A stretch of 64,000 nt of DNA from Vulcanisaeta sp. AZ3 (GCA_000960865.2 JZWU02000001.1:39160-103159), one strand, 5' to 3'; positions 1-11,095 are shown, counted from the stretch's first letter. Translations and numbers: made by a program. Notes: a model not told the origin generated them from the letters alone.

Positions 1-2
1 TA

Positions 3-1202
3 ACTATATCGATAGTTTCTTATCCATACATGGAACATAGGTTTAAGGTTCTTGGAATACCTGAACAATTCAATATATACTATCTACTCTTCACCCTATG
101 TGGAATTTCAATGCTCTGGATAGTCTACGCATATAACTTAATACTCATGTACATCGGCATTGAAGTGTCTCTCATAGCCTCATTCCTCCTAATATACTTC
201 TACGGGTATGATGGGTTCGGGAAGACCAGGAGATGGATTGGAACACTTTACTTCGTATATACCCACATAGCTAGCGTCCTATTCCTAGTTGGTGCAGTTG
301 TCCTAGCCCTATATGCAAACACCATGAATCTATACGCCATTAAGTACATACCACCACTAGCCTGGGCTCTAATGTTCATAGGCCTACTCATTAAGTTACC
401 AAGCTATGGACCGCACGTCTGGTTACCGTGGGCTCATGGTATGCACCCCACACCCGTGGCAGCCCTGATAATATCAGTGGTAGGCCTGTCCGCCTACATA
501 CTCGCCAGGCTCTACTTAATATCGCCATATTTCATTAATATGTATAGAGTACCAATACTGGCCTATGCAATAATCGGTGGAGTATTAACAGGATTGGGAG
601 TATTTAGGCATAGATTCCATTACAAGTGGTTGCTTGCCTACTCCACAGTAGCCAATATGGCATACTTACTGGCAGGACTTGCCGTTGGTGTCTACGGAAT
701 TGTCGGCTTAACTCTCCACTTCATAGCACATCAGTTCGGTAAGGCTGTGCTCTTCATGACTGCAGGAGCCATAATAGCCTATTATGATGTTACAGATGTG
801 GATGACATGGGTGGTTTACAGACGTACATGCCCTCTGTCGGCGCTGCGGCATTACTTGGTTGGATGGCCCTCTCGGGAATATTCACTGTGGCTTTGCTCG
901 GTGAGTTCTACATATTCCTAGGACTAATAGATACCCTGGGATTTAGCCTAAGTACACTCTGGGCCTTCGCAGGCCTTGCCTTCATGTTCATACTCACTGG
1001 CTACTACGGATTCTGGGCCTTGAAGCAGGTATTCTATGGGCAGCCACGTAAGCAGTATGAGAAGGTTAAGGTGGATCCTAAGTTTGTGGTGCCACTCTAC
1101 GTGTTGGGGCTTGCTGCTGTGATATTGTTATTCCCACCTGCATCAACATCATTAATAGGTTCAATACTTAAGGCAATAAGTACGGTGATGGGGCATGTAT
1201 GA
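3..1202 (+). CDS. nuoM: NADH-quinone oxidoreductase subunit M (5' end outside window)
   Basis: Hydrophobic antiporter-like subunit with IKLP..PHVWLPWAH motif; frame open to the window edge; coupled to nuoL. Confidence 0.85.
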   Translation, partial: TISIVSYPYMEHRFKVLGIPEQFNIYYLLFTLCGISMLWIVYAYNLILMYIGIEVSLIASFLLIYFYGYDGFGKTRRWIGTLYFVYTHIASVLFLVGAVVLALYANTMNLYAIKYIPPLAWALMFIGLLIKLPSYGPHVWLPWAHGMHPTPVAALIISVVGLSAYILARLYLISPYFINMYRVPILAYAIIGGVLTGLGVFRHRFHYKWLLAYSTVANMAYLLAGLAVGVYGIVGLTLHFIAHQFGKAVLFMTAGAIIAYYDVTDVDDMGGLQTYMPSVGAAALLGWMALSGIFTVALLGEFYIFLGLIDTLGFSLSTLWAFAGLAFMFILTGYYGFWALKQVFYGQPRKQYEKVKVDPKFVVPLYVLGLAAVILLFPPASTSLIGSILKAISTVMGHV

Positions 1203-3198
1203 GCAAACATTATCAACACTAATGGGATTAATGCTAATACTACCAGTAGTATTAGCATCACCAATAGCTGTGTATTGGCTATTCGTACAGGAACCACGTA
1301 GGGCAAGATCCCTCACCTACCTAGCTGTGGCAGGGCTTGGTATATCAGCCGTAGTATCCACCTACATAGCAGTTACTTTTCCACTCAGGTCTGTGGTTTA
1401 CTCAGCGCCGTGGATAGTAATACCGAGTATAGATGGCGTGCCGGGCTTCACAATAGAGGTCTCCTTCATAGTTGACTTTCTGAGTAGGTATATGGGTTTA
1501 CTCACTGCCTGGCTAGCGTTCATAATAGGTGTCTACAGCCTTGACTACCTGAGGGATGATTATAGGCTTGGTTGGTTCTGGTTCTTCTACAACCTCTTCG
1601 CAGCCTCCATGTTATTAACGGTGTATTCTAATGACTTGCTCCTAATGTTCATAGGTTGGGAGGGCCTTGGATTTAGTTCCTGGGCCTTAATAGGGCATTG
1701 GTATAAGGATGATGATGAGTTATCCTACGTAGGTAAATACGGTGATAAATTAATACTAAATAAGCCAGCCTGGACAACACCATCCTACGCAGCCTATAGA
1801 GCAATAGCAACCATAAGGTTTGGAGATATACCAATGCTTGGATCCATAGCCGCCATAGCTGTGCTAGGTGCATTAAGTGGTGCAGCTACGCCTCTCGAAT
1901 TCACCTCAATACCCTGGTCATACATAATATCGAAGATCGGGGTTGGGGGTACAGTGGCATTGCTATTAGCCTTCATGCTTGGGCCATACACAAAGTCTGC
2001 TCAAGTACCGTTCAACGATTGGTTGCTCACGGCTATGACAGGCCCAACATCAGTCTCAGCACTGCTTCACTCAGCAACTATGGTTGCTGCTGGTGTTTAC
2101 ATATTCATGAGGCTTACCGAATCCCTCTATTTTGCCCATGTACTAAGTAGTGTGGGTGTTGAGATTGTGTACTTAGTTACTGTGTACATAGGATTGTTAA
2201 CAGCACTCCTAGGTGCATTATTTGCCACGATGATTGATGAAAGGAAGGTCATACTCGCAGGCTCCACAATGTCGTCCCTAGGCTTCATGATGGGTGTAAC
2301 AGCCCTAACCCCATTCTTACCAGAGGTAGTTACTGTGGGCATGTATATTGTGCCGTTAGCGGTTCTCGTAGCTTTCTCGTACTTAATAATCCATGCCCTA
2401 GCCAAGGCAACTTTATTCCTCGTAAGTGGTCACTTAATACATGAGACTCACTCTAGGTTTAACATGGGTGATTTAGAGCTTGGCAGGAAGATGAAGGCTG
2501 CCTTCTACGCAGCCTTGGCAGCCGCGGTATCATTGGGTGGTGTACCGCCCTTAGCTGGTTATTGGGTTCACGCTGCTATGGATGAGGTGGCTACAAGTAC
2601 GATATCCATCGTTGGTTATGGCGCATACATATTAATGTTACTGGCAAGCCTTGCCTATGTAGCTTTCCTATCCAGGTTCGTATCTCTGAACTTCATTAAG
2701 GGTGAGAAGCCCCATGTCCATGAAGAACACGAGAAATTCCCCTTAATGGTTATTGCGTACGTACTCACCGGCACAGTGGCACTTGCGGCTCTGGCGATAC
2801 CCTTCACTCTCGTTCCGAAGGTGTTCTTAAGCGCTGGCGTTGATCCTATAGTCATTGCAATAGGTATTGTTCTTTGGATTATATTTGTAGTGGCTTTAAT
2901 AAAGCCGAGAGTTGGTAACCTAGGCCTTATAACGAAGATCTTCGAAAGAAGATATTACCTACAGGCATTTATGGATGTTGTGCTCTCAGGCTTTGGATAT
3001 GCACTTACGCTTGCAGCCTTTTACATATATAAGGGCTTTGACATACTCTTTGACTTCATAATACCAGACTCCTTCACGGCCTTGTCTAGGTACATAAGAT
3101 CGATACAAAGAGGTTACTTAAGAACGTACTTGGAGATGCTATTAGTTGCCTTAGTCGTGGTTATATTAATAATATTAATTATAATATCGTTACTATAG
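1195..3198 (+). CDS. nuoL: NADH-quinone oxidoreductase subunit L
   Basis: GWEGLG, KSAQVPF.WL..AM.GPT.VSALLHSATMV.AGVY and HALAKA motifs. Confidence 0.92.
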   Translation: MYEQTLSTLMGLMLILPVVLASPIAVYWLFVQEPRRARSLTYLAVAGLGISAVVSTYIAVTFPLRSVVYSAPWIVIPSIDGVPGFTIEVSFIVDFLSRYMGLLTAWLAFIIGVYSLDYLRDDYRLGWFWFFYNLFAASMLLTVYSNDLLLMFIGWEGLGFSSWALIGHWYKDDDELSYVGKYGDKLILNKPAWTTPSYAAYRAIATIRFGDIPMLGSIAAIAVLGALSGAATPLEFTSIPWSYIISKIGVGGTVALLLAFMLGPYTKSAQVPFNDWLLTAMTGPTSVSALLHSATMVAAGVYIFMRLTESLYFAHVLSSVGVEIVYLVTVYIGLLTALLGALFATMIDERKVILAGSTMSSLGFMMGVTALTPFLPEVVTVGMYIVPLAVLVAFSYLIIHALAKATLFLVSGHLIHETHSRFNMGDLELGRKMKAAFYAALAAAVSLGGVPPLAGYWVHAAMDEVATSTISIVGYGAYILMLLASLAYVAFLSRFVSLNFIKGEKPHVHEEHEKFPLMVIAYVLTGTVALAALAIPFTLVPKVFLSAGVDPIVIAIGIVLWIIFVVALIKPRVGNLGLITKIFERRYYLQAFMDVVLSGFGYALTLAAFYIYKGFDILFDFIIPDSFTALSRYIRSIQRGYLRTYLEMLLVALVVVILIILIIISLL

Positions 3199-3207
3199 AG
3201 AATAGGG

Positions 3208-4371
3208 CTAACCCTTAATTTGTCTCAAATATTCATTCTTAACATGAAGTATTAATTGAGGTAAGTTAATACCCATTGGACATACCTCCTTACAATTACC
3301 TGAGTGAGTGCATAACATTGCGGCTGGCCCTGCCTCCATGATGCCTTTAGTAACGGCTGTCCAGGGAATTCCCATTGGTCCTGTGTATGGTGGTTTGCCA
3401 AACCTGGGCCCCACGGCCCAGTAGGTTGGGCAGTGCATACTGCATCTACCGCACCTTATGCATAGGAGAATCTCCCATAGTACAGGGTCCTTGGCTGCCT
3501 TTCTCCTTCCATTGTCTATAAGAATCATGTGGAATTCCTTTGGGCCTTGGGCTGGTGAGACTCTTACCATTTCTACATCGGCTGTACTACTTGGTCCAGC
3601 GGTTAGGTTTACGTAGGTTGGTGGGTAGAGGCCTGCGTAGGCTGCTTGTACGAGCGTTTCTATCATTGCGTAGTATAGTGTGGGTACTATTTTCTCAACA
3701 CCGTCATAGACTATATGCACTGTGGGTATTACAGTGGTCATTCTAATGTTACCCTCATTCTCAACCAAGAGTACGGCACCTGTATCAGCAGCTATTGCAT
3801 TAGCACCAGTTATACCCACCTGGGCCTTCATGAATTTTTCCCTGATGAACTCACGAGCCTTCTGAGCTATTGCAACTGGGTCTGGTGGTATGTCAACGCC
3901 GAGTTTCTCCTTCATTACCTGGGCTATCCTCTCCTTCGTCATATGCAGAGCCGGTGCTAGTATATGACTTGACTCCTCATTGGCTATTTGAATAAGAAAC
4001 TCACCTAAATCAGTCTCCCAAACCTCATTACCCAATCCCTGCAGGTACTGCCTTAACCCTGTCTCTGCCGCCACATTATTCTTACTCATCACAATTACCT
4101 TACCACTACCCACAATCCTACTCACCACTTCTTTAGCCTCCTCAGACGTCTCTGCGAGGTAGAACCTACCCCCAATCCTCTCCACAGACCTCCTAACTTG
4201 GTCTATGTAATAATCAAGATTCCTAATGACATCCTCTTTAGCTTTCCTAAGTTCTTTAGCCAGGTCCTGTATGTATGGGTATCTCTTTAATACGTCGAGG
4301 ACTGATGGTATGTTTGAGGAGGTTGCCCTGGATATAGCAACGTCCCAATTCGGTGGCGCCAATTCACTCAT
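3208..4371 (-). CDS. lutB: Lactate utilization protein B (LUD domain + 4Fe-4S dicluster)
   Basis: ETDLGE, ENEGN, GPSSTAD, CIRCGRC..HCP and C..SGNCKEVCP motifs. Confidence 0.85.
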   Translation of the reverse strand: MSELAPPNWDVAISRATSSNIPSVLDVLKRYPYIQDLAKELRKAKEDVIRNLDYYIDQVRRSVERIGGRFYLAETSEEAKEVVSRIVGSGKVIVMSKNNVAAETGLRQYLQGLGNEVWETDLGEFLIQIANEESSHILAPALHMTKERIAQVMKEKLGVDIPPDPVAIAQKAREFIREKFMKAQVGITGANAIAADTGAVLLVENEGNIRMTTVIPTVHIVYDGVEKIVPTLYYAMIETLVQAAYAGLYPPTYVNLTAGPSSTADVEMVRVSPAQGPKEFHMILIDNGRRKAAKDPVLWEILLCIRCGRCSMHCPTYWAVGPRFGKPPYTGPMGIPWTAVTKGIMEAGPAAMLCTHSGNCKEVCPMGINLPQLILHVKNEYLRQIKG

Positions 4372-4402
4372 CAATTAAGTACTCATTGGCTACCTTTAAA
4401 TT

Positions 4403-5419
4403 TTAATGTTGGCCTAATTGCTTCGTACTATCGTACTTACTATGCCACATCCTCATTACGTCATCCTCAATGAAACCCTTAACAACCTCCACACCACTAT
4501 CACTCACGAGCTCCACGGCTGGCTCTCCCTCCATAACCTCACCAATGACAGCATAGTTAATGCCTAGCCCGCTTAATCTACTAATTGCCTCATCAATGTC
4601 TTTCCTCGGTATTACCGCTATGAGCATTCCTGAGCTTAGAGACCTTAATGGGTCAAGCTTTAAGGCATTGAATATGACCTCAGTCTCCCTGAGCATTGGC
4701 ACCCTATCCCTATAAATCCTAACCCTAGCATTACTCGCCTCAGCCACCTCAAGCAAGCCTTGCAGAAGACCACCCTCTGTTGGGTCATGCATAGACGAGG
4801 CTAAGTCAGATAGGGCTAGGGCCTCCTTAACAACACTAATACTCCTAACCAAGGATTGAGCATTAGCAGTAATATCCTCCGACACGCCCAACTTGGTGAG
4901 CTCGTTCTTCATGTCAAGAGATAATACTGCAGTTCCCTCGAGAGCCACATACTTAGTGACCAGGACCAGATCCCCCACCTTAGCGCCACCCGTGGTTATG
5001 TACCTATCGCCAATGCCCATGGCTGTTACAGAGGCTATAGGCCTATCAAGACCTGGCGTGTACTCGGTATGACCACCAATCAGGGATGCATTTAATTCCT
5101 TGAGGGCTTCATCAACGTCATCCATAACTTTAACTAAATCACTTTCGCTAAAATCCTCGGGGAGTAATAACGTTAGTAGGAACCATCGAGGCCTCACACC
5201 CCTAACTGCCACGTCATTAGCCACTATGTTTATTGCGTACCAACCTAAATTTGCCACAGCGCCTGTTATTGGGTCGGTGTGAGTAATGAGGAATTTATCA
5301 CCAACCCTCAACACAGCAGCATCCTCACCAACCCTTGGACCCATAATCACAAGCGGGTCCTTAACGCCAGCTCTTGTGAACACGACTCTCCTTAAGACAT
5401 CATTACTGATCTTCACCAT
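4403..5419 (-). CDS. AIR synthase-related (HypE/PurM/ThiL superfamily) protein
   Basis: GEDAA, ANDVA, GGHTE and MHDPTEGGL motifs. Confidence 0.85.
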   Translation of the reverse strand: MVKISNDVLRRVVFTRAGVKDPLVIMGPRVGEDAAVLRVGDKFLITHTDPITGAVANLGWYAINIVANDVAVRGVRPRWFLLTLLLPEDFSESDLVKVMDDVDEALKELNASLIGGHTEYTPGLDRPIASVTAMGIGDRYITTGGAKVGDLVLVTKYVALEGTAVLSLDMKNELTKLGVSEDITANAQSLVRSISVVKEALALSDLASSMHDPTEGGLLQGLLEVAEASNARVRIYRDRVPMLRETEVIFNALKLDPLRSLSSGMLIAVIPRKDIDEAISRLSGLGINYAVIGEVMEGEPAVELVSDSGVEVVKGFIEDDVMRMWHSKYDSTKQLGQH

Positions 5420-5500
5420 TAATTATCAGGGAGTAACGCATAATAATAAGTTATATGCATCATTGAGTATAGACAAACTTTTAAAGAATGTGCCAAATTG

Positions 5501-6091
5501 ATGGCATTAGTGAGGCATTGTACTCTGTATTTTGATGGTGCTTGCGAACCAGTAAACCCTGGTGGTGTGGGTACCTACGGGTTCGTAATTTATGAGGAGG
5601 ACTCAGTAATTCATAGGCAGGGTGGTATTGCATGTGAACCTGGCCCTAACTGTACGAATAATGTTGCTGAGTACACGGGCTTAATTAATGGATTAAGGTG
5701 GATCCTTAATCATCCTAAGCTTGGTTGTGATTGGCTCTTGGTTATTGGCGATAGTCAATTAGTGATTAGGCATGTATTAGGTAGGTATAGAGTTAGGAGC
5801 GAGAGACTTAAACCACTTTATGATGGGGTTGTAGAAATCCTGAGGGATTTGAGGAGTAGGGTTGAGGTTAAGTTTAGGTGGGTTAGGAGAGAATTAAATG
5901 AAGAGGCTGATGAATTGACAAAGGAGGCCTATGTTAAGTATATGGATGAGCATCCAGAGGCTGTTGAGAAATTCCGTAATTACTTCGCTACGGAGGATCA
6001 ATTAAAGACTCTTACATCTCTAGGTGTGAAGATATATCGATACATGGGTAGGTTTGAGGCCGAGAGGTTGATTAAGAGGCTGGGTGGGTAG
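5501..6091 (+). CDS. rnhA: Ribonuclease HI with short C-terminal extension
   Basis: YFDGA..NPG, TNNVAEY, GDSQLV and WVRRELN..AD motifs. Confidence 0.9.
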   Translation: MALVRHCTLYFDGACEPVNPGGVGTYGFVIYEEDSVIHRQGGIACEPGPNCTNNVAEYTGLINGLRWILNHPKLGCDWLLVIGDSQLVIRHVLGRYRVRSERLKPLYDGVVEILRDLRSRVEVKFRWVRRELNEEADELTKEAYVKYMDEHPEAVEKFRNYFATEDQLKTLTSLGVKIYRYMGRFEAERLIKRLGG

Positions 6092-6158
6092 TAATTTATA
6101 CGTCTATTTAGTGCTACTGGAAATCCTTATATCTAAGGAAACAGTGGGGGCCTATGCC

Positions 6159-7394
6159 ATGAGTAGCGCAGATGTCTTTAGCAGAGCCAAGGTAGCCCTA
6201 GAGACCATTAGGGATGCCCAATCTAAGGGCTTGATTTACAGGACGCCATTACTAAGGAGTGAGACCTTAAGCGGTATTGTTGGTGCTAATGTTTGGTTAA
6301 AGTTAGAGTCTCTGCAGAAGACGGGTTCTTTTAAGGTTCGTGGTGCATACTTTGCAATTAAGAATGCTATTGAGAGGTTAGGGGTTAAGCATGTTATTAC
6401 CGCATCAGCTGGAAACCACGCTCAGGGTGTTGCCTACGCGGCCAGGTTAATGGGGATTAAGGCAACAGTAGTCATGCCTGAATCAACACCTTGGATTAAG
6501 ATAATGAGGACTAGGAAGTATGGAGCCGAGGTTGTACTACACGGTGAGTCCTACACGGAATCTGAAGCATACGCTATGAAGTTAAAGGACGAGATGAAGG
6601 CTTATTACATACATGCTTATAACGATCCAGACGTAATTGCTGGTCAAGGCACCATAGGCTTTGAGATCTATGAGGATCTTAAAGACGTAGATTATGTGAT
6701 AGTCCCAGTGGGTGGCGGTGGGTTAATATCGGGCATAGCCTCTGTAATAAAGAAACTGAAACCAAACGTCAAAGTTATTGGTGTTCAGAGCGATGGTGCG
6801 CCTGGAGCCTATGAATCACTTAAGGAGGGTAGGATTGTAACTATAGAGAATGTAGACACAATAGCCGAGGGCATAGCCGTTAAGAGAATTGGCGAGCTAA
6901 CCTTTAAGCTAATGAGCGAGTTACTCGATGATATAGTTCTCGTTAGTGATCTCGAAATTGCCAAGGCAATACTCCTCATAGCTGAGAGCGTGAAGACAAT
7001 CGCTGAAGGCGCAGGTGCAGCTGCAGTGGCAGCCTTAATAAGTGGTAAGGTTAAGGTTAACGGCAATGTAGTAGCTTTAGTCAGTGGTGGGAATATAGAT
7101 ATGACAATGCTCTTCAGAGTAATAACCAAAGCCCTAGCCCTTGAGGACAGGATAAAGAAATTAACAGGACTACTCCCCGACAAACCCGGAACACTCGCAA
7201 AGGTAACCACAACACTTGGAAACCTAGGTGTAAACATACTTGACGTATTTCACGAGAGGTATGACCCAACAATAAAGCCTGGTTACGTCAGAGTATCCTT
7301 CATAATCGAATTACCCCCTGAGGAGGAAGCCTTGGATAAGGTCTTAAAGGAATTGAGTAAGTTGAATTATAACTTCACGGTTGAAAAAGCATAA
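6159..7394 (+). CDS. ilvA: Threonine ammonia-lyase with C-terminal ACT domain
   Basis: KLESLQKTGSFKVRGA, ASAGNHAQG, VPVGGGGL, SGGNID; start placed at ATG 6159. Confidence 0.92.
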   Translation: MSSADVFSRAKVALETIRDAQSKGLIYRTPLLRSETLSGIVGANVWLKLESLQKTGSFKVRGAYFAIKNAIERLGVKHVITASAGNHAQGVAYAARLMGIKATVVMPESTPWIKIMRTRKYGAEVVLHGESYTESEAYAMKLKDEMKAYYIHAYNDPDVIAGQGTIGFEIYEDLKDVDYVIVPVGGGGLISGIASVIKKLKPNVKVIGVQSDGAPGAYESLKEGRIVTIENVDTIAEGIAVKRIGELTFKLMSELLDDIVLVSDLEIAKAILLIAESVKTIAEGAGAAAVAALISGKVKVNGNVVALVSGGNIDMTMLFRVITKALALEDRIKKLTGLLPDKPGTLAKVTTTLGNLGVNILDVFHERYDPTIKPGYVRVSFIIELPPEEEALDKVLKELSKLNYNFTVEKA

Positions 7395-7438
7395 CGCACT
7401 AAGTTAAACCTAAAAATACGCTCAACCCTCACATTGCA

Positions 7439-7822
7439 ATGAGCGAGAGGAAGATAATATATACAGAGAGGGCCCCGAAACCCATCGGGCCTTACTCACA
7501 GGCCGTACAAGTGGGTAATACACTCTACATTAGTGGTCAAATACCCATAGATCCAACCACCGGTAAGTTAGTTCAGGGTGGAATTAAAGAACAGACGGAG
7601 AGGGTTCTGGAGAATATTAAGGCAATATTAGAGGCAGCAGGCTATACCATGGATGATGTTGTTTGGGTATTCGTAGCCCTAAAGGACTTGAAAATGTTCT
7701 CAGAATTCAATGAAGTATACGCAAGGTACTTCACAAGAAACCCACCAGCCAGGATAACAATAGAAGTCAGCAACCTACCCCAGGGAGCCTTAATCGAGAT
7801 TACGGCCGTGGCTACTAAGTAA
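7439..7822 (+). CDS. ridA: RidA family enamine/imine deaminase
   Basis: [17 protein letters not shown] and PPAR motifs; downstream of threonine dehydratase. Confidence 0.93.
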   Translation: MSERKIIYTERAPKPIGPYSQAVQVGNTLYISGQIPIDPTTGKLVQGGIKEQTERVLENIKAILEAAGYTMDDVVWVFVALKDLKMFSEFNEVYARYFTRNPPARITIEVSNLPQGALIEITAVATK

Positions 7823-8180
7823 TGCCCAACTCCCTAAGCCTATCCCTAAGATTTAACCCATCATGAAGTAACTTACCACCCTTAAGCATTGCATTAACAA
7901 CAGGATCATTTAAATCCTCAGGACACAGGACAACAATATCAATGGGTATTGGTGGTGCCAACCTATACAACTCAGAGGCGGCCTTAAGCCTATCGCCACA
8001 ACTCATTATTACGGCAACATCAAAATCACTAGACGGTTCATTATCGCCCCTAGCCCTACTACCAAACAAAATCACAGTAACGTTGGGATACTCCCTAATC
8101 AACCTACTTACAAATTCATTAAATAATTTCTCATATGAATTAACAAACTCCATTAACCTCCTCATAAATTCCTCAACCAT
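7815..8180 (-). CDS. Minimal nucleotidyltransferase (MNT), antitoxin-type
   Basis: FGSRARGD...SDFD (GSx10DxD) motif; overlaps HEPN gene. Confidence 0.9.
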   Translation of the reverse strand: MVEEFMRRLMEFVNSYEKLFNEFVSRLIREYPNVTVILFGSRARGDNEPSSDFDVAVIMSCGDRLKAASELYRLAPPIPIDIVVLCPEDLNDPVVNAMLKGGKLLHDGLNLRDRLRELGIT

Positions 8181-8515
8181 TTAATCACCACCTCAGCCCT
8201 CCTAACACACTCCTCAGCATCACCCCTACCATACATATCCCTAGAGGAGTACCTAGAAGCGACATAGTGAGGATTCAGGAACCTAACAGCCTCAATAACT
8301 TCGTTAGGTGGATTATTACTTAACATACTTATTAAAGTTAGTAGATTATGTGTAAATGGATATGCACCTGCCCTCGTCAATAACAAGCCCTTCACGTAAA
8401 GTTCTACAGCTTGATACGCCATAAAGCACGATACCCAATAAAGCCCTCTTTCTAATGCCACCCTAGCTCCCTCCAATGCCTCTAGCCCCTTCTTAACTAA
8501 CTCATTCTCGCTCAA
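8162..8515 (-). CDS. HEPN domain protein (partner of MNT)
   Basis: CF.AYQAVEL.VKG, FTHNL and SRY motifs typical of archaeal HEPN-MNT pairs. Confidence 0.88.
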   Translation of the reverse strand: MSENELVKKGLEALEGARVALERGLYWVSCFMAYQAVELYVKGLLLTRAGAYPFTHNLLTLISMLSNNPPNEVIEAVRFLNPHYVASRYSSRDMYGRGDAEECVRRAEVVIKWLRNL

Positions 8516-8574
8516 GTTCCTCTTTACCCTTAATCAACAGGGTTATAAATTATAATTCAACTATAAGTATAGGT

Positions 8575-9282
8575 GTGAGGATTAATAGAGCGATTGCTGT
8601 TACGGAGATCTCACAACAATTCTACTGCGAATATAAACTACACCTATCCCTAACTGAGGGTACCCTAGAAACACCACAAATGAGCATGGGAACCCTAATA
8701 CATGACCTAATCCTCGGCAGTGGTGTGGAGGTTACGAGAGAGGAATTAATGGACAAGATTAAGAACGGGGATTTAATCATTGCCTCATTACCCCTTGAAT
8801 TCACAGCAAATAATGCATTAATAATCGGCATACCTGATGCAGTAATATTTCGAGGAGGTAGGGCTGAGGCTATCGTTGAATTAAAGACCACTAATAAGTG
8901 GTTAGGTACATTATTTATCCATGAGTATATTCAAGCCCAGCTCTACGCATACGCCCTCGTTAGGAATAAGCTTGGGGACAAGCCCTTAGTAGTTATTGTG
9001 AAGGTGATTAGGGATCCTTCAATAACGCCAAGGCTTAGGGCATCAATACTTAAAGTCATCATTAAGTACTTAGACGAATTAATAGCATTACCAATGAAAG
9101 TCAAGGGTAAGGATTACACAATACACTTCCTACCCTACGATAACACAATAGAAACTCACTTGAAGTGGGCCCTAGACTATTGGCTCAATGATAGGGAGCC
9201 TGTGGCTAACCCATCGCCAGGTAAGTGCATGGTCTGTGAATTCAAAAATCAATGCCCACATGCAAGGTTAGGTGAGGATTGA
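8575..9282 (+). CDS. Solo Cas4-like PD-(D/E)XK nuclease with 4Fe-4S cysteines
   Basis: N-terminal FYCE, GIPD..ELKT, QAQLY and C-terminal CxxCxxxxxC. Confidence 0.8.
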   Translation: MRINRAIAVTEISQQFYCEYKLHLSLTEGTLETPQMSMGTLIHDLILGSGVEVTREELMDKIKNGDLIIASLPLEFTANNALIIGIPDAVIFRGGRAEAIVELKTTNKWLGTLFIHEYIQAQLYAYALVRNKLGDKPLVVIVKVIRDPSITPRLRASILKVIIKYLDELIALPMKVKGKDYTIHFLPYDNTIETHLKWALDYWLNDREPVANPSPGKCMVCEFKNQCPHARLGED

Positions 9283-9283
9283 T

Positions 9284-9754
9284 TTACTCCTCACTCTCTC
9301 CGCCTGCAACTTCGTATTTATGGACCCTCTTCAGCCTCATTCTCCTTAATTGACCTAGGACGAGGTCTATGTATTTATTTGCCTTCATTTCATCAATACC
9401 TCTCTCCCTAAATATTACCTCCATTACCTTTGCGTAATTCTTATACTCCTCATTCAATTTCTTCCAGGGCAAACCCTTTAACTTACCCTCAAGCTCAGGA
9501 TCTCTTGGTAACAAGCCCTTATGCATTAGTACGGCTATTATTGGGTAACCCACATAACCTCTATACACAGTACCATTATCAGTACTATCAACCTCCCTAC
9601 GCCCAACATCGACATATACCATGTAAGTCCTCGAACCATCCGAGGAAACAACCCTAGCCTCCTTATCATTAATAACCTCCATCCTACCATCAGCAAGAGA
9701 ACCCAAAGCCTCAAGAACCTTAATCCTAGGCGGCAACCTAAGCGCTTCACTCAC
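9284..9754 (-). CDS. Hypothetical protein
   Basis: 156-aa ORF with normal codon usage; function not recognised. Confidence 0.7.
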   Translation of the reverse strand: MSEALRLPPRIKVLEALGSLADGRMEVINDKEARVVSSDGSRTYMVYVDVGRREVDSTDNGTVYRGYVGYPIIAVLMHKGLLPRDPELEGKLKGLPWKKLNEEYKNYAKVMEVIFRERGIDEMKANKYIDLVLGQLRRMRLKRVHKYEVAGGESEE

Positions 9755-9838
9755 AATTACTAATACACCGGGACTATTATTTAAACTGTTTCAACACCGA
9801 GTTAAAGTTAATAGGGTCATAACTAATTCTACTTAGTC

Positions 9839-11095
9839 ATGGGCTTCAAAGAAACAAAAACTGTGGATTACGTACTAAATGAAGCCCTCAAATACATTAA
9901 ACACACACCCAGTGCTGTAGAGGTACCAATAAGTGATGCACTAGGTAAATACCTGGCCGAGGATGCTGTGGCTAAATTCGACGTTCCAGGCTTCAATAGA
10001 TCAGCCGTAGATGGTTATGCAGTGAGGAGCATAGACACCTTCGGAGCCTCACCAACAAACCCAATAACACTTAGAGTAATTGGATTCATCACTGTTGGTG
10101 ATGATCCAAGTAAATACATGCTCAATCCAGGCGAAGCTGTAGAAATAAGCACAGGAGCCTCATTACCAATTAATGCTGACGCCGTGGCCATGTATGAGGA
10201 TACACGTAGGTCTGGAGACTTCGTCGAAATACTAAGACCAGTACCACCAATGGGCAATGTGAGCAGAAGGGGTGAGGATGTAAAGGCTGGTGAGGTCATA
10301 TTCAAGAAAGGTACTAGAATCCTTCCCTGGGATCTAGGCGTATTGGCCTCCATGGGTTTACATCACGTTAAGGTTTACTCCCTTAGAGTTGCTATAATAA
10401 GTACTGGCAACGAATTAATCGAAGTAACAAATGCACCCCCTGAAGGACCACCTCCAGGTATGGTAATTAATAGTTCAAGATTCGTAATTGAGGGCCTAGT
10501 AAAATCCCTGGGTTTCGAACCAAATTACATAGGGATTATTGGAGATGATGAGGTAAAGATCGCAGAGACCATAAGCAATGCGCTTAAGAGTTACGATGCC
10601 GTGATAACCACCGGAGGAGCCTCCGTGGGCAAGGTCGACTATACAATTAGAACAGTCATGAGACTAAACCCAGAGTATATAAACCACGGACTCTCCATAA
10701 GGCCAGGCAAGCCTAATAGCATTGCCATAATTAACGGCAAACCAGTATTCATGCTAAGCGGATTCCCTGTAGCTGCCGCCACGGGCTTCGACGTTTTAGT
10801 TAAACCCATACTACTCAGGATGGTTAGTGCTGAGGAGGAGCCAAAACCCATGGTTAGAGGTGTACTAACGAGGAGAGTAACCACGCCAGTCAATACTAGG
10901 TCGTTCGTGAGGGTTAAAGTTTACCGTGGCGAAGATGGTAAAGTGTACATAGAGCCGTTAGCCCTAACGGGCAGTGGTGTCTTATCAACGCTCGTAAGGG
11001 GTAATGGCATACTCGTAATACCCGAGAATAGGGAGGGCTTTGATGAAGGTGATGAGGTTGAGGTTCAATTAATAAGGCAGGTCTTCAAGGAGTAG
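9839..11095 (+). CDS. moeA: Molybdopterin molybdotransferase
   Basis: SAVDGYAV, STGNEL, TTGGAS.G..D and RPGKP motifs. Confidence 0.93.
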   Translation: MGFKETKTVDYVLNEALKYIKHTPSAVEVPISDALGKYLAEDAVAKFDVPGFNRSAVDGYAVRSIDTFGASPTNPITLRVIGFITVGDDPSKYMLNPGEAVEISTGASLPINADAVAMYEDTRRSGDFVEILRPVPPMGNVSRRGEDVKAGEVIFKKGTRILPWDLGVLASMGLHHVKVYSLRVAIISTGNELIEVTNAPPEGPPPGMVINSSRFVIEGLVKSLGFEPNYIGIIGDDEVKIAETISNALKSYDAVITTGGASVGKVDYTIRTVMRLNPEYINHGLSIRPGKPNSIAIINGKPVFMLSGFPVAAATGFDVLVKPILLRMVSAEEEPKPMVRGVLTRRVTTPVNTRSFVRVKVYRGEDGKVYIEPLALTGSGVLSTLVRGNGILVIPENREGFDEGDEVEVQLIRQVFKE

